Shown here: one piece after another, positions 12,755 through 24,178 of the stretch | How positions within the stretch are numbered: position 1 is the stretch's first letter | Layout: each line of letters opens with the position of its first letter | Assembly (NCBI GenBank): GCA_035221665.1 | Contig: CM069161.1 | Location: 6,200,001 to 6,264,000, forward strand | Length of the DNA stretch: 64,000 nucleotides | Reading direction: 5' to 3' | From: Okamejei kenojei | Taxonomy: Eukaryota | Program-made: the position numbers and the translations under genes | Notes under the pieces: model-generated | Database searches by the model: none | The model's input: only the letters and a program-made list of their open reading frames with translations | Told to the model about the DNA's origin: nothing

Positions 12755-14252
12755 TAACCACATCTGCGCCTTCCTCCCTCGCTACATGGGCACACTGCAG
12801 TTCGCATACCGTCCGAACAGATCCACGGATGATGCGGTCTCCCAGGTTCTGCACGCCGTTCTCTCTCACCTTGACAGCCAGAAGGGGGGCTATGTGAGGG
12901 TTCAGCTTGCTGAGGGGCTTAGCATGTGCCTGGGTCCTGGACTTTCTCACCGCCAGGCCCAGGTAGTCAAGATGGGGAGAGGAAAAAGACTAGAGTAATC
13001 TACTCTCGGCTCGGGTAGATCGGGTGGAGGGGGAGAGAGGGTGGAGTGAGAGCAGAGGGGTAGACGAGGGAGAGGGGAAGGTGGGTCATTCCCTCACAGT
13101 CCTAGGGCAGTGCTCCCGCCCCTCCAGTCGCCGTGCTTCACGCACACAGCCCCGGCTCCACTCCTGTCTCTCCCCTGGGGGGGTCGCGGTGAACAATACA
13201 GGGAGGACCGGGCCGGGGGTTGGAGCAACGTTTACAAACCTCGCCTCAGCTCACACCCGTCCGCCCGGACCCCGGCATCTGCTCCTGCTGCTGGCTCTCT
13301 CCCTCCCTTCTCTCCTTTTCTCCCTCCCTACCTTCCCTCTTCCCTCCCTCCCCCTTCCCTCCCTCCTTCCTCTCTCTCTTTTCCCTTCTCTCCTTCCCAC
13401 CCTCCCTTCTTTGTCTACTTCCCTCACTCCCTTCTCTCCTTCCTCCCTTCTCGCCTTCCCTCCCTTCTCTCCTTCCCTCCCACACACATACACACACATA
13501 ACGCACAGACAACTAACACACACACACAACTAAGACACAGACACACACACAACTAAGTTTAGGAGGGGTAGAAGCCCAAAGGGTAGGATGGGGCGAAAGC
13601 CCAAAATTTAATGCCTGGACTGGTTTTTCGCCAATAGTTATTGATTTTCCAGGATCTAGTTAATTATTTATTTATTTTTAATTTCACAGTCACTAAAACA
13701 AGTGGTATTGTAACTATATACTTTTCAGAGGTGATCTACACATTTTGTTTGTTACTTGTGGATAGGGTGAGCAGCTTTAAATACCTGGGAGTCCACATCA
13801 CAATCTGGTTTGGGAACAGCTCTGTCCAGGACAGGAAGGCTCTGCAGAGAGTAGTGCGTTTGGCCGAACGCACTATGGGAACTACACTCCCCCCCACCCC
13901 CGCAGAACCTATACACCAGGTGGTGCAGATCCAGAGCCAGCAACATTATGGGGGACCCCTACCACCCCAGCAACGGACTGCTCCAGCCGCCACGGCCAGG
14001 AAACGCCCCCGCTGTCACGCTGTGAGAACAGAGAGGATGTTTCGTCCCACAGGCCATCAGGACTGTAAACTCTTATCTCACCAGGGACTAACTTACTGTG
14101 GTGTTGTGTCTTTTTTAAATATATATTTTCTAACATGTAAATACTGATTCTGTTCTATTCTGTTTGTAGATTTGTGCACAACCCGCAGGCATTGCCTTTA
14201 TCATGTCACTGCACATCGGTATGTGGACGTGACAAATAAAGTTGGCTTGACT
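12755..14252 (+). mobile_element. Rex1/Babar LINE fragments split by a nested insertion
   Basis: LQFAYRPNRSTDDAVSQVLHAVLSHLD (ORF 12786) and VDRVSSFKYLGVHI...WFGNSSVQDRKALQRVVRLAER (from ~13760); AAATAAA and (CTTGA)n tail near 14240. Confidence 0.85.
12990..13572 (-). mobile_element. Candidate non-autonomous Helitron-like insertion with (CT)n/(CA)n microsatellites
   Basis: A|CTAG at 12989-12993 next to hairpin ATCTACTC-7nt-GGGTAGAT (12998-13020); no TSD; right boundary uncertain. Confidence 0.4.
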
Positions 14253-14464
14253 TAATTTGACTAGGCAGATGAGTCATAACATCAATTAAAATGAGAACAG
14301 CCAAGGCAGTTATTCTAGAACCACAACATCTCATCAAAATATAGTAATGCAGGTTAATGAGTGCTAAAAGTCTTTTGGAACTCATCTGTTTATCGCCAGC
14401 CAACAATTTGTTGTTAGGTTGGCTTTGTTCTGTCTGCCCTCTAGGTATAGTGTTGTGCTGTTTA

Positions 14465-15040
14465 GACTTGCACAGCAGTAGAGTTGCTGCCTGATAGCGC
14501 TAGCGGCCTGGGTTGGATCCTGATTGTCTTGTCTGTACGGAGTTTGTACCCTATGACCTGCGTGGGTTTTCTCCGGGAAGCTCCACTTTCCTCCCACGCT
14601 CCAAAGACAGGTTTGTAGGTTAATTGGTGTAAATGTTTTTTTTTTTTTAATTATCCCCAGTGTGTGTTGGATAGCGTTATGCCCCTGTCCCACGTAGGAA
14701 ACCTGAACGGAAACCTCTGGAGACATTGCACCCCACCCAAGGTTTCCGTGCAGTTCCCGGAGGTTTTTGTCAGTCTCCCTAATGGTTGAAAGTGGTTTCC
14801 GTTTTAAAAATCGGGAATTTTTTAGTCGAAGCCGGTTGTGATGCTAGTTGAAGGTGGTTGCCGGAGGACAAAAACCTCCGGGAACCGCACAGAAACCTTG
14901 GGTGGAGAGCAAAGTCTCCAGAGGTTTCCGTTGAGGTTTCCTAAGTGGGACAGGGTTAGTGTGTGTGGATCGCTGGTTGGCGCGGACTCAATGGGCCGAA
15001 GAGCCTGTTTGCACACTATATCTCCATACTAAACTAAACT
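14465..15040 (+). mobile_element. HE1-type V-SINE interrupted by a MITE
   Basis: Head and V domain 14465-14676; tail resumes at 14959. Confidence 0.8.
14680..14955. mobile_element. PIF/Harbinger-like MITE
   Basis: TTA TSD (14677-14679, 14956-14958); ~90-bp TIRs CCCTGTCCCACGTAGGAAACCTGAACGGAAACCTCTGGAGAC... / ...GTCTCCAGAGGTTTCCGTTGAGGTTTCCTAAGTGGGACAGGG. Confidence 0.85.
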
Positions 15041-15310
15041 TTAGAGATACAACGCAGAAACAGGCCCTTCGGCTGATCGAGCCCACTACGCCCCAATACA
15101 CTAGCATCTTCCTACACACTTGGGACAATTTACAATTGACAGAAGCCAATTAACCTACAAACCTGTACATGTTTGGCACGTGGGAGGAAACCAAAGCATC
15201 TGGAGAAAATCCATGCGGTCACAGGGAGAACGTACAAACTCTGTACTTAGTCGGAATCGAACCTGGGTCTCTGACGCTGTGAGGCAGCAACTCTACCACG
15301 GTGCTACGCT
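15035..15310 (-). mobile_element. HE1-type V-SINE
   Basis: Reverse copy lying tail-to-tail with the previous SINE. Confidence 0.75.
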
Positions 15311-15884
15311 GCTGTTGTGCCATATTTTACATGAAGATTTAAAGTGAATCCAGCTCTATCTGCTTAATACTGTAAGCTCAAAACATAACCTGGTTTCACT
15401 TGAAGATCGCTAGTGACTCCCAGCCAAAATTCCTTGCTCAACCGACTTCACCAAGGATTATTGGATTATCCATTCATCTCTTGATTACACAACCGTGCCT
15501 CCTTCAGCCGGCTGTCACATTTGGCGACATTACAACAATCACTACGCTCCAGAAGTAAACTATAGTTTCCGCAGCACTTTAGGACTTCTGGAGAATCTGA
15601 AAAGCAAGATGTAAATTTGATCTGAAAATCAATTTTACGAAGTGCAGATACAGAGTAAACGAAATATAAACAGGAAATGCAGGATCACAAATCTCAGCAG
15701 GACAGACACATCTGTGGCAAGAGAAACTGTCGACCTTGCAGTTCTGTGGCCTTTCCTACGTAAAATCATTTTGCCTCAATCATCTCAAATCACTGAGGGT
15801 CGAAGGGTCTGTTTAACAGTGATGCGTGACCTGTTAAGTTTATATAGCATTTAATGTGTTTACCAAAATCTATCTGTTTTCAAG

Positions 15885-16052
15885 GAATGGGTGACGTGTC
15901 AGGTCAAGACCCGTCTTCAGACTCAGTGTACTCACTGCCTGAAGAAGGGTCTCGACCCGAAACGTCACCCATTCCTTCTCTCCAGAGATGCAGCCTGTCC
16001 CGCTGAGTTACTCCAGCATTTTGAGTCTATCTTCGTTTAAACCAGCGTCTGC
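15885..16052. mobile_element. PLE-derived repeat with an intact hammerhead core
   Basis: CTGAAGAAGGGTCTCGACCCGAAACGTC at 15939-15966, preceded by a short inverted copy. Confidence 0.8.
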
Positions 16053-16504
16053 ACAATCTGTGTCCATTCCTACACAATCTATCTGTTTTCCACATTCCCC
16101 CAGTGAGCACCTGAACCATTATCCCTACGTATAATCTACAAGGGCTAGGATAAATTACATATTCTTTCCACCTGCCCTCCCAATCCTTTTTTAATTTGTT
16201 TCTCAAATTCAAGCAAATATCTTCAAATGTTAATGCCACAACAATTGCAATATTAAAGTTACATATCGCTGGTGCTTGAAAAATCATTGGCTTAACTTGG
16301 TATCAAATCCAAAATATCACTGTGCAAATAAAATGTCACATAACTGCACAAAATTACTCTCTGGCTTCTCTTCATACATTTCTCAATAATAATTTATCAA
16401 GGGGGAAAGGATAGATATGATCTTGTGTGTGAACTTTAACCGACTGTTAGAGTTAATTTTCACCAACGGTAAGCTGGAAAAGGTTGAGGATTTAAGAGGT
16501 GGAG

Positions 16505-16805
16505 CCAGGACTGGGTCTCCATTCCTTGGAGCGCAGGAGGATGAGGGGTGATCTTACAGAAGTGTACAAAATCATGAGAGGAATAGATCGAGTAGATGCA
16601 CAGAGTCTCTAGCCCAGGGTGGGTGAATTGAAGACCAGATGACCTAGATTTAAGGTGAAGGGGAAAAGATTTAATAGGAATCTGAGGGGTAACTTTTTCA
16701 CGCAAAGGGTGGTGGGTGTATGGAATGAGCTGCCAGAGGAGGTAGTTGAGGCAGGGACTATCCCAACGTTTAAGAAACAGTTAGGATAGGCTCATGGATA
16801 GGAAT
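16505..16805 (+). mobile_element. CR1 LINE 3' fragment (second subfamily)
   Basis: SLERRRMRGDL...FKVKGKRFNRNLRGNFFTQRVVGVWNELPEEVVEAGT. Confidence 0.85.
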
Positions 16806-17446
16806 ATAGCACAGAGTGCTGAAGTCCGAAAAGGTTCTATAGCCACTTGGACAAGCAAAAGAGCTTGGCGTTCATGTAGGAATAGCAATTTATAGGTTTA
16901 ATATTCATATGTTCATAAGTCATACGAGCTTTCGGCCCAGCAAGTGTACTCTGCCATTCAATTATAGCTGGTCTATCTTTCCCTCTCAACCCTGTTCTGC
17001 TTTCTCCCCATAACCCTTGACACCCTTACTAATCAAGAATCTGTCAATTTCTGCCTTAAAAAAAATACCCAATGACTTGGCTATCATTACCACAACTATC
17101 GGTGGCAATGAATTCACACAGATTCACCACCTTGTGGCTAAAGAAATTCCGCAACATCTCCGATAGAAACTTCCTTTTAGTTTGAGGCTATGGCCTCTCG
17201 TTCGAGACTCTCCCACTAGTGGTAACATCTCTCCACATCCACTCTAATCGCAGAAAAATACAGCCAATAGATACAAAACCAAAATGTCCTGATTTAGCAA
17301 TTAAATCCATTGAGGGACACCTACACTGGAAAACAATATTCTAATGGATGGCATGCAGGCAGAGGAGATTACTTCAACTGACATCATGTTTGCCATCGAT
17401 GCTGTGGGCTGAAGGGCTATGTTCTACGTTCAATGACTTTTGTTCT

Positions 17447-17597
17447 ATCTTCTTCTTCTTGCGTTTGAGGCAGCAGAGGTTATGTAACGCCCTCCAGGCA
17501 CTGTCGCCAGTTCAACGTGCTGTTGACGTTGAACCGGGCGATCCCTGCATGGAGCCGGTTCACGGTGACCCACTCTTTGCGGGGCAGGTATTCCATT
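17447..17597 (-). mobile_element. Vingi/Ingi-like non-LTR retrotransposon 3' fragment
   Basis: Minus strand reads YLPRKEWVTVNRLHAGIARFNVN, resembling the Vingi/Ingi C-terminal W..LNRLRTG.GR motif; it ends CAAACGC(AAG)n. Confidence 0.6.
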
Positions 17598-18926
17598 AGT
17601 AGATGCAACCAACAAACAGCAAAACATTGAATGGACGAAGATAAATTGCACTTTCCCCATTGTTGACTTAATGCTTCAGGTTTACTGCGGCACTATAATT
17701 GAAAATATACCGCTGAGCACATTTACCTTTCATAAATAATACACGCGGAACTGTAATATGAACACCATCATTGAAACCCGTGCCGCAAGGAAAGCAACAG
17801 AGGCCAGGGATGGCGCGGAGAGGAGAGTGGGAGAGAGGAGAGCGGGTCGAAACTCTTCTTCAGGCAGTATCCCTGGATAGAAGGAATGGGTGACGTTTAG
17901 GTTCGAGACCCTTCCTCAGAGATGCCACCTGTCCCACTGAGTTACTCCAACGTTTTGTGTCCATCCTCAGTGTAAACCAGCATCTGCAGTTCCTCCCTCC
18001 ACTTGCTCGATGTGGGTTCCTCAGCAAAACGCTCTCCCTCATTCATTCCCGTTTAGCAGCAGGATTTGGCAAAGTGTTACCTGCAAAGTTGCAATTATGA
18101 AGCTGGTTTGCAAACATTATAATTCCTCGGTCAACAAAAGTATATCCAACAATTGTAGAACGTGAGAACACTCCTAGATTACACTTTGGCACTGGGGCAA
18201 GTGTGACGTAACTGGCCTCTCTCAATGTGAAACAGCAGATAAAAGCAGTTGACCCAAGTGTTTGCAGAAGCAAAGGTCATTTGGAAATGCAAGAGGCCCT
18301 TGGAACGTAACATTTGATTATCAGTTAAAAAGTAACTTGTGAAAGTGCTTAGCAGATGCGAGTTCTCAAAATACTTTGTTGGATCTTTGTTGCTCTTTCT
18401 CTCTGTAACGTCTTTGATGTTTCTATTGTCGGCTCTACCTGAAACTTTAACTTGTTTTTTTTACTCTTTTCAAAAGCTGCGCTACCTGCTTAGTTTTTCC
18501 AAGCATTTTTTTTTTTTCCTTTCTAATACCATCCCAACAGGCAACCTGAACTGTGCATCTTTCACTGTTTGTACTGAGTTTGGTCCTAATATTCTCTTTT
18601 TTATTAAGTGAGGGATGATCCTCATGTTATAAGTTTCACTCGACCTACGAAACTGGCATCACTTGTGACAAAGAACAAGCTGAATTTTGGAATTCCCAAG
18701 GACACCAGAGGACCAATAAATATACGGTCGAGCTTTGATCCGTCTTTTTGCATATCTTTCATTAAGTTGTACCATGTAACTATTCATATCTCTCGGTTCC
18801 CTCTCCTCGACTCTCAGTCTGAAGAAAGCTCACCGACTCCTGTTCTCCAGAGCCGCTGCCTGACCCGCTGAGTTACTCCAGCTTTTTGTGTTTATCTTCC
18901 TCCCTACACAATAAATGTCGAGATTG

Positions 18927-19210
18927 TGGGCAGCACGATGGCGCAGCCGTAGAGCACCAGAGGCATGAGTTCGATCCTGACTATGGATGCTGTCTGTACG
19001 GAGTTTGTACGTTCTCCCTGTGACCTGCATGGATTTTCTCCGGGATCTCCGGTTTCCTCCCACACTGCAAAGATGTACGGTTTTGTAGGTTAATTGGCTT
19101 GGTATAAATGTAAATTGTCTTTAGTTTGTGCAGGATAGTGTTAATGTGCGGGGATCGCTGGTCGGCGCGGGCCAAAGGACCTGTTTCCGCGCTGTATCTC
19201 AAAACTAAAT
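18927..19210 (+). mobile_element. HE1-type V-SINE
   Basis: Head, B box GTTCGATCC, V domain, CR1-like tail. Confidence 0.82.
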
Positions 19211-19431
19211 TTATTTTGTGCATTACAAACTAGAAACCAAGACACTTAAACTAACCGCTCCAAATTAGAAGCTCATCCACTACTAACTGGTGGTAAACAT
19301 CAGCCGCTGAAGTTGTCAAACATAAGATCGGCAGCACTGGGGAAAAAGATAAGGTCTCCTAACGGTTTGGTTTCAACGACAGTTCAGACCCCAGGGTGCA
19401 GCGTCACATCCTGTGCCTAGCAGAATCACTT

Positions 19432-20015
19432 AGCCTTAGAATTAAAGGACGTTCTTTTAGTTAGGAGATGAGGAGAAATTTCTTTAGTCAGAGGGTGGTG
19501 AATCTGTAGAATTATTTACAACAGTAGGCTGTAGAGGCAAGTCAGTGGATATTTTTAAGGCAGTGATAGATGGATTCTTGATTAGTACAGGTGTCAGAGG
19601 CTATGGGGAGAAGGCAGGAGAATGTGGTTAGGGGGGAGAGATAGATCAGCCATGATTGAATGCTGGAGTAGACTTAGTTTAGTTATTTTAGAGATACAGC
19701 CCATCGGGTCCACACCAGCCAGTGATCCCTGCATATATTAACACTATCCTACACCCATTAGGGATCATTTTTATATTTACAAAGCCAATTAACCTACAAA
19801 CCAGTACGTCTTTGGAGCGTGGGAAGAAACCGAAGGTCTCAGAGAAAACCCTCGCAGGTCACGGGCAGAATGTGCAAACTTCGTACAGACAGCACCCGTA
19901 GTCGGGATCGAACCCGGGTCTCCGGCGCTGCATTCGCTGTAAGGCAGCAACTCTACTGCTACGCCCGATGGGCCGAATGGCTTAATTCTACTCCTATCGC
20001 TTATGACCTTATGAC
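19432..20015 (+). mobile_element. CR1 3' end with a nested minus-strand V-SINE (~19675-19965)
   Basis: CR1 3' UTR breaks at ...GGAGTAGACTT and resumes at GATGGGCCGAATGG (~19967). Confidence 0.8.
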
Positions 20016-20432
20016 TTAGCCCAGAGCGATCTGCCATCCACACACTGCAAGACTGAAGTACTTGTTGATTCCTGCGATGATGGGCCCTGGCCAAAGTCAA
20101 CGTTTCTGGGTCATCAGATAATACGAGGTGGAAAGCTGCCACACAGAGGAATAAGAGAGTAAATAAAATAGTTCAGAAATCACTAATCCCTTTTTTGATC
20201 CCTTTTTGAAAATGGGTTCCCTTGATTCTTATTGTCAAACATTTTGCTCATTTTTGTTTAAAACAAGCAACTATTATCTTGGTGAAATAAGAATTCCACA
20301 TGACTGTAAATATTTAGACGTTCATACTGCTAGAGTCAGGTTTCAAATTACATCGGTCACTTGACCTTAATTCTTTTCAATCCAGCTTTTCAGTTTCGAT
20401 TGGAAATTACTCCGGATGAAAGTGAAGTGATA

Positions 20433-22077
20433 CAGTGCCCTCCATAATGTTTAGGACAAAGACCATCATTTATTTATTTGCCTCTGTACTCCACAATTTG
20501 AGATTTGTAATCGAAAAATCACATGTGGTTAAAGTGCACATTGTCAGATTTCATTAAAAGGTATTTCTTATACATTTTGGTTTCACCATGTAGAAATTAC
20601 AGCTATGATTATACATAGTCCCCCCCCCCCCCCCCCCATTTCAGGGTGCCATAATGTTTGGGTCACACATGGCTTCACAGGTGTTTGTAATTGCTCAGGT
20701 GTGTTTATTTGCCTCCTTCATGCAGGTATAAGAGAGCTCTCAGCACCTAGACTTTCCTCCAGTCTTTCCATCGCCTTTGGAAACTTTTATTGCTGTTTAT
20801 CAACACGAGAACCAAAGTGTGCCAATGAAAGTCAAAGAAGCCAATATGAGACTGAGAAACAAGAATAAAACTGTTAGAGACATCAGCCAAACATTAGGCT
20901 TACCAAAATCAACTGTTTGGAACACCATTAAGAAGAAAGAGAGCTTACTAATCACAAACGGACTGGCAGGCCAAGGAAGACCTCCACAGCTGAAGACAGA
21001 AGAATTCTCTCTATAATAAAGAAAAATCCCCAAACACCAGTCCCACAGATCAGAAACACTCCAAGAGTCAGGTGTGGATTTGTCAATGACCACTGTCCGC
21101 AGAAGTCTTCATGAACAGAAATACAGAGGCTACACTGCAAGATGCAAACCACTGGTTAGCCGCAAAAATAGGATGGTCAGGTTACAGTTTGCCAAGAAGT
21201 ACTTAAAAGTGCAACCGCAGTTCTGGAAAAAGGTCTTGTGGCCAGAAGAGACGAAGATTAACATATATCAGAGTGATGGCAAGAGCACATTATGGAGGAG
21301 AGAAGGAACTGCCCAAGATCCAAAGCATACCACCTCATCTGTGAAACACGGTGGTGGGGGTGTTATGGCCAGGGCATGTATGGCTGCTGAAGGTACTGGC
21401 TCACTTATCTTCATTGATGATTCAACTGCTGATGGTAGTAGCATAATGAATTCGGAAATGTATAGACACATCCTATCTACTCAAGTTCAAACAAATGCCG
21501 TTGGCCGGCGGTTCATTCTACAGCAAGACAATGATCCCAAACATACTGCTAAAGCAACAAAGGAGTTTTTCAAAGCTAGAAAATGGTCAATTCTTGAGTG
21601 GCCAAGTCAATCACCCAATCTGAACCCAATTGAGCATGCCTTTTATATCCTGAAGGGAAAAATGAAGGGGACTAGCCCCCAAAACAAGCATAAGCTAAAG
21701 ATGGCTGCAATACAGGCCTGGCAGAGCATCACCAGAGAAGACACCCAGCAACTGGTGATGCCCATGAATCACAGACTTCAAATAGTCATTGCATGCAAAG
21801 CATATGCAACAAAATACTAAACATGGCTACTTTCATTTACATTACATTGATGTGTCCCAAACATTATGGTGCCCTGAAATGGGGGGACTATGTATAAACA
21901 CTGCTGTAAGGTCTACATAGTGAAACCAAAATGTATAAAAAGGCCTATATTAAAATCTGACAATGTGCACTTTAAACACATGTGATTTTTTTTTTCTATT
22001 ACAAATCTCAAATTATGGAGTACAGAGGCAAATAAATAAATGATGGGTCTTTGTCTCAAACATTATGGAGGGCACTG
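20433..22077 (+). mobile_element. Near full-length Tc1 (DD34E) IR/DR transposon
   Basis: TA|CAGTGCCCTCCATAATG...CATTATGGAGGGCACTG|TC (TSD mutated); same family as 7822-9107; 1645 bp. Confidence 0.95.
20805..21820 (+). pseudogene. Tc1 transposase pseudogene
   Basis: Start is ACG where the other copy has ATG; N-terminal frameshifts; ORF 21074-21820 has LWPEETK (first catalytic D replaced by E), QQDNDPKH and SPNLNPIE with 34 residues between D and E. Confidence 0.92.
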
Positions 22078-22324
22078 TCGGTGACTACACCAACTGCCCG
22101 TGCCTCTTGCACCAAAACTGGAGTCTGGACTCAATTGAGCAATGCCTGCAGAAATCTTCCTGCAACAAGTGTTGATAGAGAAGGTGTTCAAAACCATTCA
22201 CAAACCCTTCCACGTGCCAAAATCACTATTTACTCTCGCAGTTAATATAAATACAAAATATTCTGACAGGGACCAAGTTTCTTGGCTTCAACAATAATGT
22301 GAAAAGACATCAGCGTGATATTTT

Positions 22325-22583
22325 CAGGGAATCTGAGGGGTAACCTTTTCACACAAAGGGTGGTGGGTGTATGGAACAAGCTGCCAGAGGAGGCAGTTGA
22401 GGCTGGGACTGTCCCAATTGTATAAGAGACAGTTGGACAGATACAGGGATAGGACAGGTTTGGAGGGATATGTACCTAACGCAGGCAGGTGGGACTAGCG
22501 TAGCTGGGATATGTAGGCTGGTGTGGGCAAGTTGGGCTGAAGGGCCTGTTTCCACACTGTATCTCTCTATGACTCCATGAAAT
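22325..22583 (+). mobile_element. CR1 3' end
   Basis: NLRGNLFTQRVVGVWNKLPEE and 3' UTR ending GGGCCTGTTTCCACACTGTATC. Confidence 0.85.
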
Positions 22584-22637
22584 GGGGTTGGAGATTGCAA
22601 CCTTCACGTGGTCCGCCCTGTTTCGACCAATGCAATC
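22584..22637 (+). ncRNA. Minimal HDV-like self-cleaving ribozyme (predicted)
   Basis: P1 GGGGTTG/CCGCCCT (G1-U wobble, one mismatch), P2 GATTGCA/TGCAATC, P3 ACC/GGT, L3 TTCACGT, J4/2 CCAA. Confidence 0.72.
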
Positions 22638-22712
22638 AACTCGACGTGCACAAACAGAAGATCAAATAGAACAAGTTGTCCTACTTTAGGCTGTGCACGC
22701 CACACGAAAGAA
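22584..22712 (+). mobile_element. Short retroposon headed by an HDV-like ribozyme (family 1, copy A)
   Basis: 13-bp TSD GACTCCATGAAAT (22571-22583) / GACTCTATGAAAT (22713-22725); homologous to 38770-38908; ACACG-AAAGAA tail. Confidence 0.85.
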
Positions 22713-22860
22713 GACTCTATGAAATATAACAATTCTTAACCTCAATAAAATGGAATGTTAATTCTACCACCGTTGCACATCCTTGCACATCAATGCATTT
22801 CAGTACATTGAAATATTCAGGTATTGCGCAGAAGCTCATAAGCACTCTTAAATTTCATGT

Positions 22861-22984
22861 GGGGGATCATGACAGAATCCTCCTCGTGGCGTTCCCCGAA
22901 AACAACAACACGATGCACTTCTGTCAACATGTTGGACGACGACCGAAGCCAACAGCGCGCTAAACGTCGTCTGACACACGAGAG
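22861..22984 (+). mobile_element. Short retroposon headed by a degenerate HDV-like ribozyme (family 3)
   Basis: TSD AATTTCATGT (22851-22860) / AATTTCATAT (22985-22994); P1 GGGGGAT/GTTCCCC, P2 TGACAGAA/TTCTGTCA, L3 TCCTCGT; ends ACACG-AGAG. Confidence 0.75.
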
Positions 22985-23176
22985 AATTTCATATATAATT
23001 TGGTTCAGCTCAGAGGTGCATGGAAACTGTCATAAAGCATTGATCCACTTTGCAATTTTAACAGCACATGTTTGTAAACATCTAATTATTAAAGCATTTT
23101 TACAATGTAGGCCACCAAGAATATGCTCTTACACAGCTATTTAGAAACATAACGGGTTAACATAGCATAACATAAG

Positions 23177-23465
23177 GGTGGCACAGAGGCGCAGCGGTAG
23201 AGTTGCTACCTTACAGCGCCGGAGACGCGGGTTCGATTCTGACTACGAGTGTCGTCTGTACGGAATTTGCGTATTCTCCCTGTGACAGCGTGGGTTTTCT
23301 CTGGGCGCTGCGGTTTCCTCCCACACTCCAAAGATGTACAGATTAATTGGCTTTGATAAAATTATAAATTGCCCCTAATGTGTAGGGGAGTGTTAGTGTA
23401 CAGGGTGATCGCTGGACGGCACAGGCTCCGCGGGCCGAAGGGAATGTTTCCGGGCTGTATCTCAG
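23177..23465 (+). mobile_element. HE1-type V-SINE, full length
   Basis: A and B boxes, V domain, CR1-like tail. Confidence 0.85.
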
Positions 23466-23537
23466 AAGAAGTCTGAAGGTTTAAACATAACAACGCAAAG
23501 TGGAGTTCAACCTGTTCAGATAATCAGCAGTTGATAC

Positions 23538-24145
23538 CAGGCACGAGCCGTCAGGGTAGGCGAGGTAGGCACTGCCTACCCTGACTAAAATTATAACACG
23601 GTAATTACTGAATGTAAATAGTAAAGGCATGGGAGAATGATGCCTATGTAAGAGATCGATCGCTTAGGTAGGCATGATTCCCCGTGCCTTTGATCCGCAG
23701 CACTTGCAACACGCGAAGGTCTGTGCGGCCCACGTGCGCTGCCTCAAGCCGTCAATTTCAAGGGGAGCTGAAGGCAGCTGATATTCTGCCTTTGTAGTAC
23801 TGTGCATGCTTTGTTTCTTGGCGGGTTTTTCAAATATGGATCGCCATTATCTGAAGAGTATCTTACGAAACAAAGAGAGAAGAATGGAGTTTGTGTACCG
23901 ATAATGTGGTAAGTACATTTCTTGGCACTATATGTCTTTAAATACCGTATTTCCAGGGGTGGGTGTGTGGTTGGGGAGCGGGGGGGGGGGGGGGGGGGGA
24001 AGGAGACAGAGTTCCTTTCATAGCGTTTGTGGAGTCTGGCCTCGGGTAAAGTTGCGGGGAGGGTAGGAGCGTTGTGAAGGAGTGGATCTGGATCATGCCA
24101 GTAACCCACTTGCGCCGCTCCTTGCACGGAGCCACCGTATTGAGG

Positions 24146-24178
<33 letters not shown>

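Noticed and set aside
13024-13556. Overlapping ORFs of 88-169 aa
   Set aside because: They are translations of (CT)n and (CA)n low-complexity tracts.
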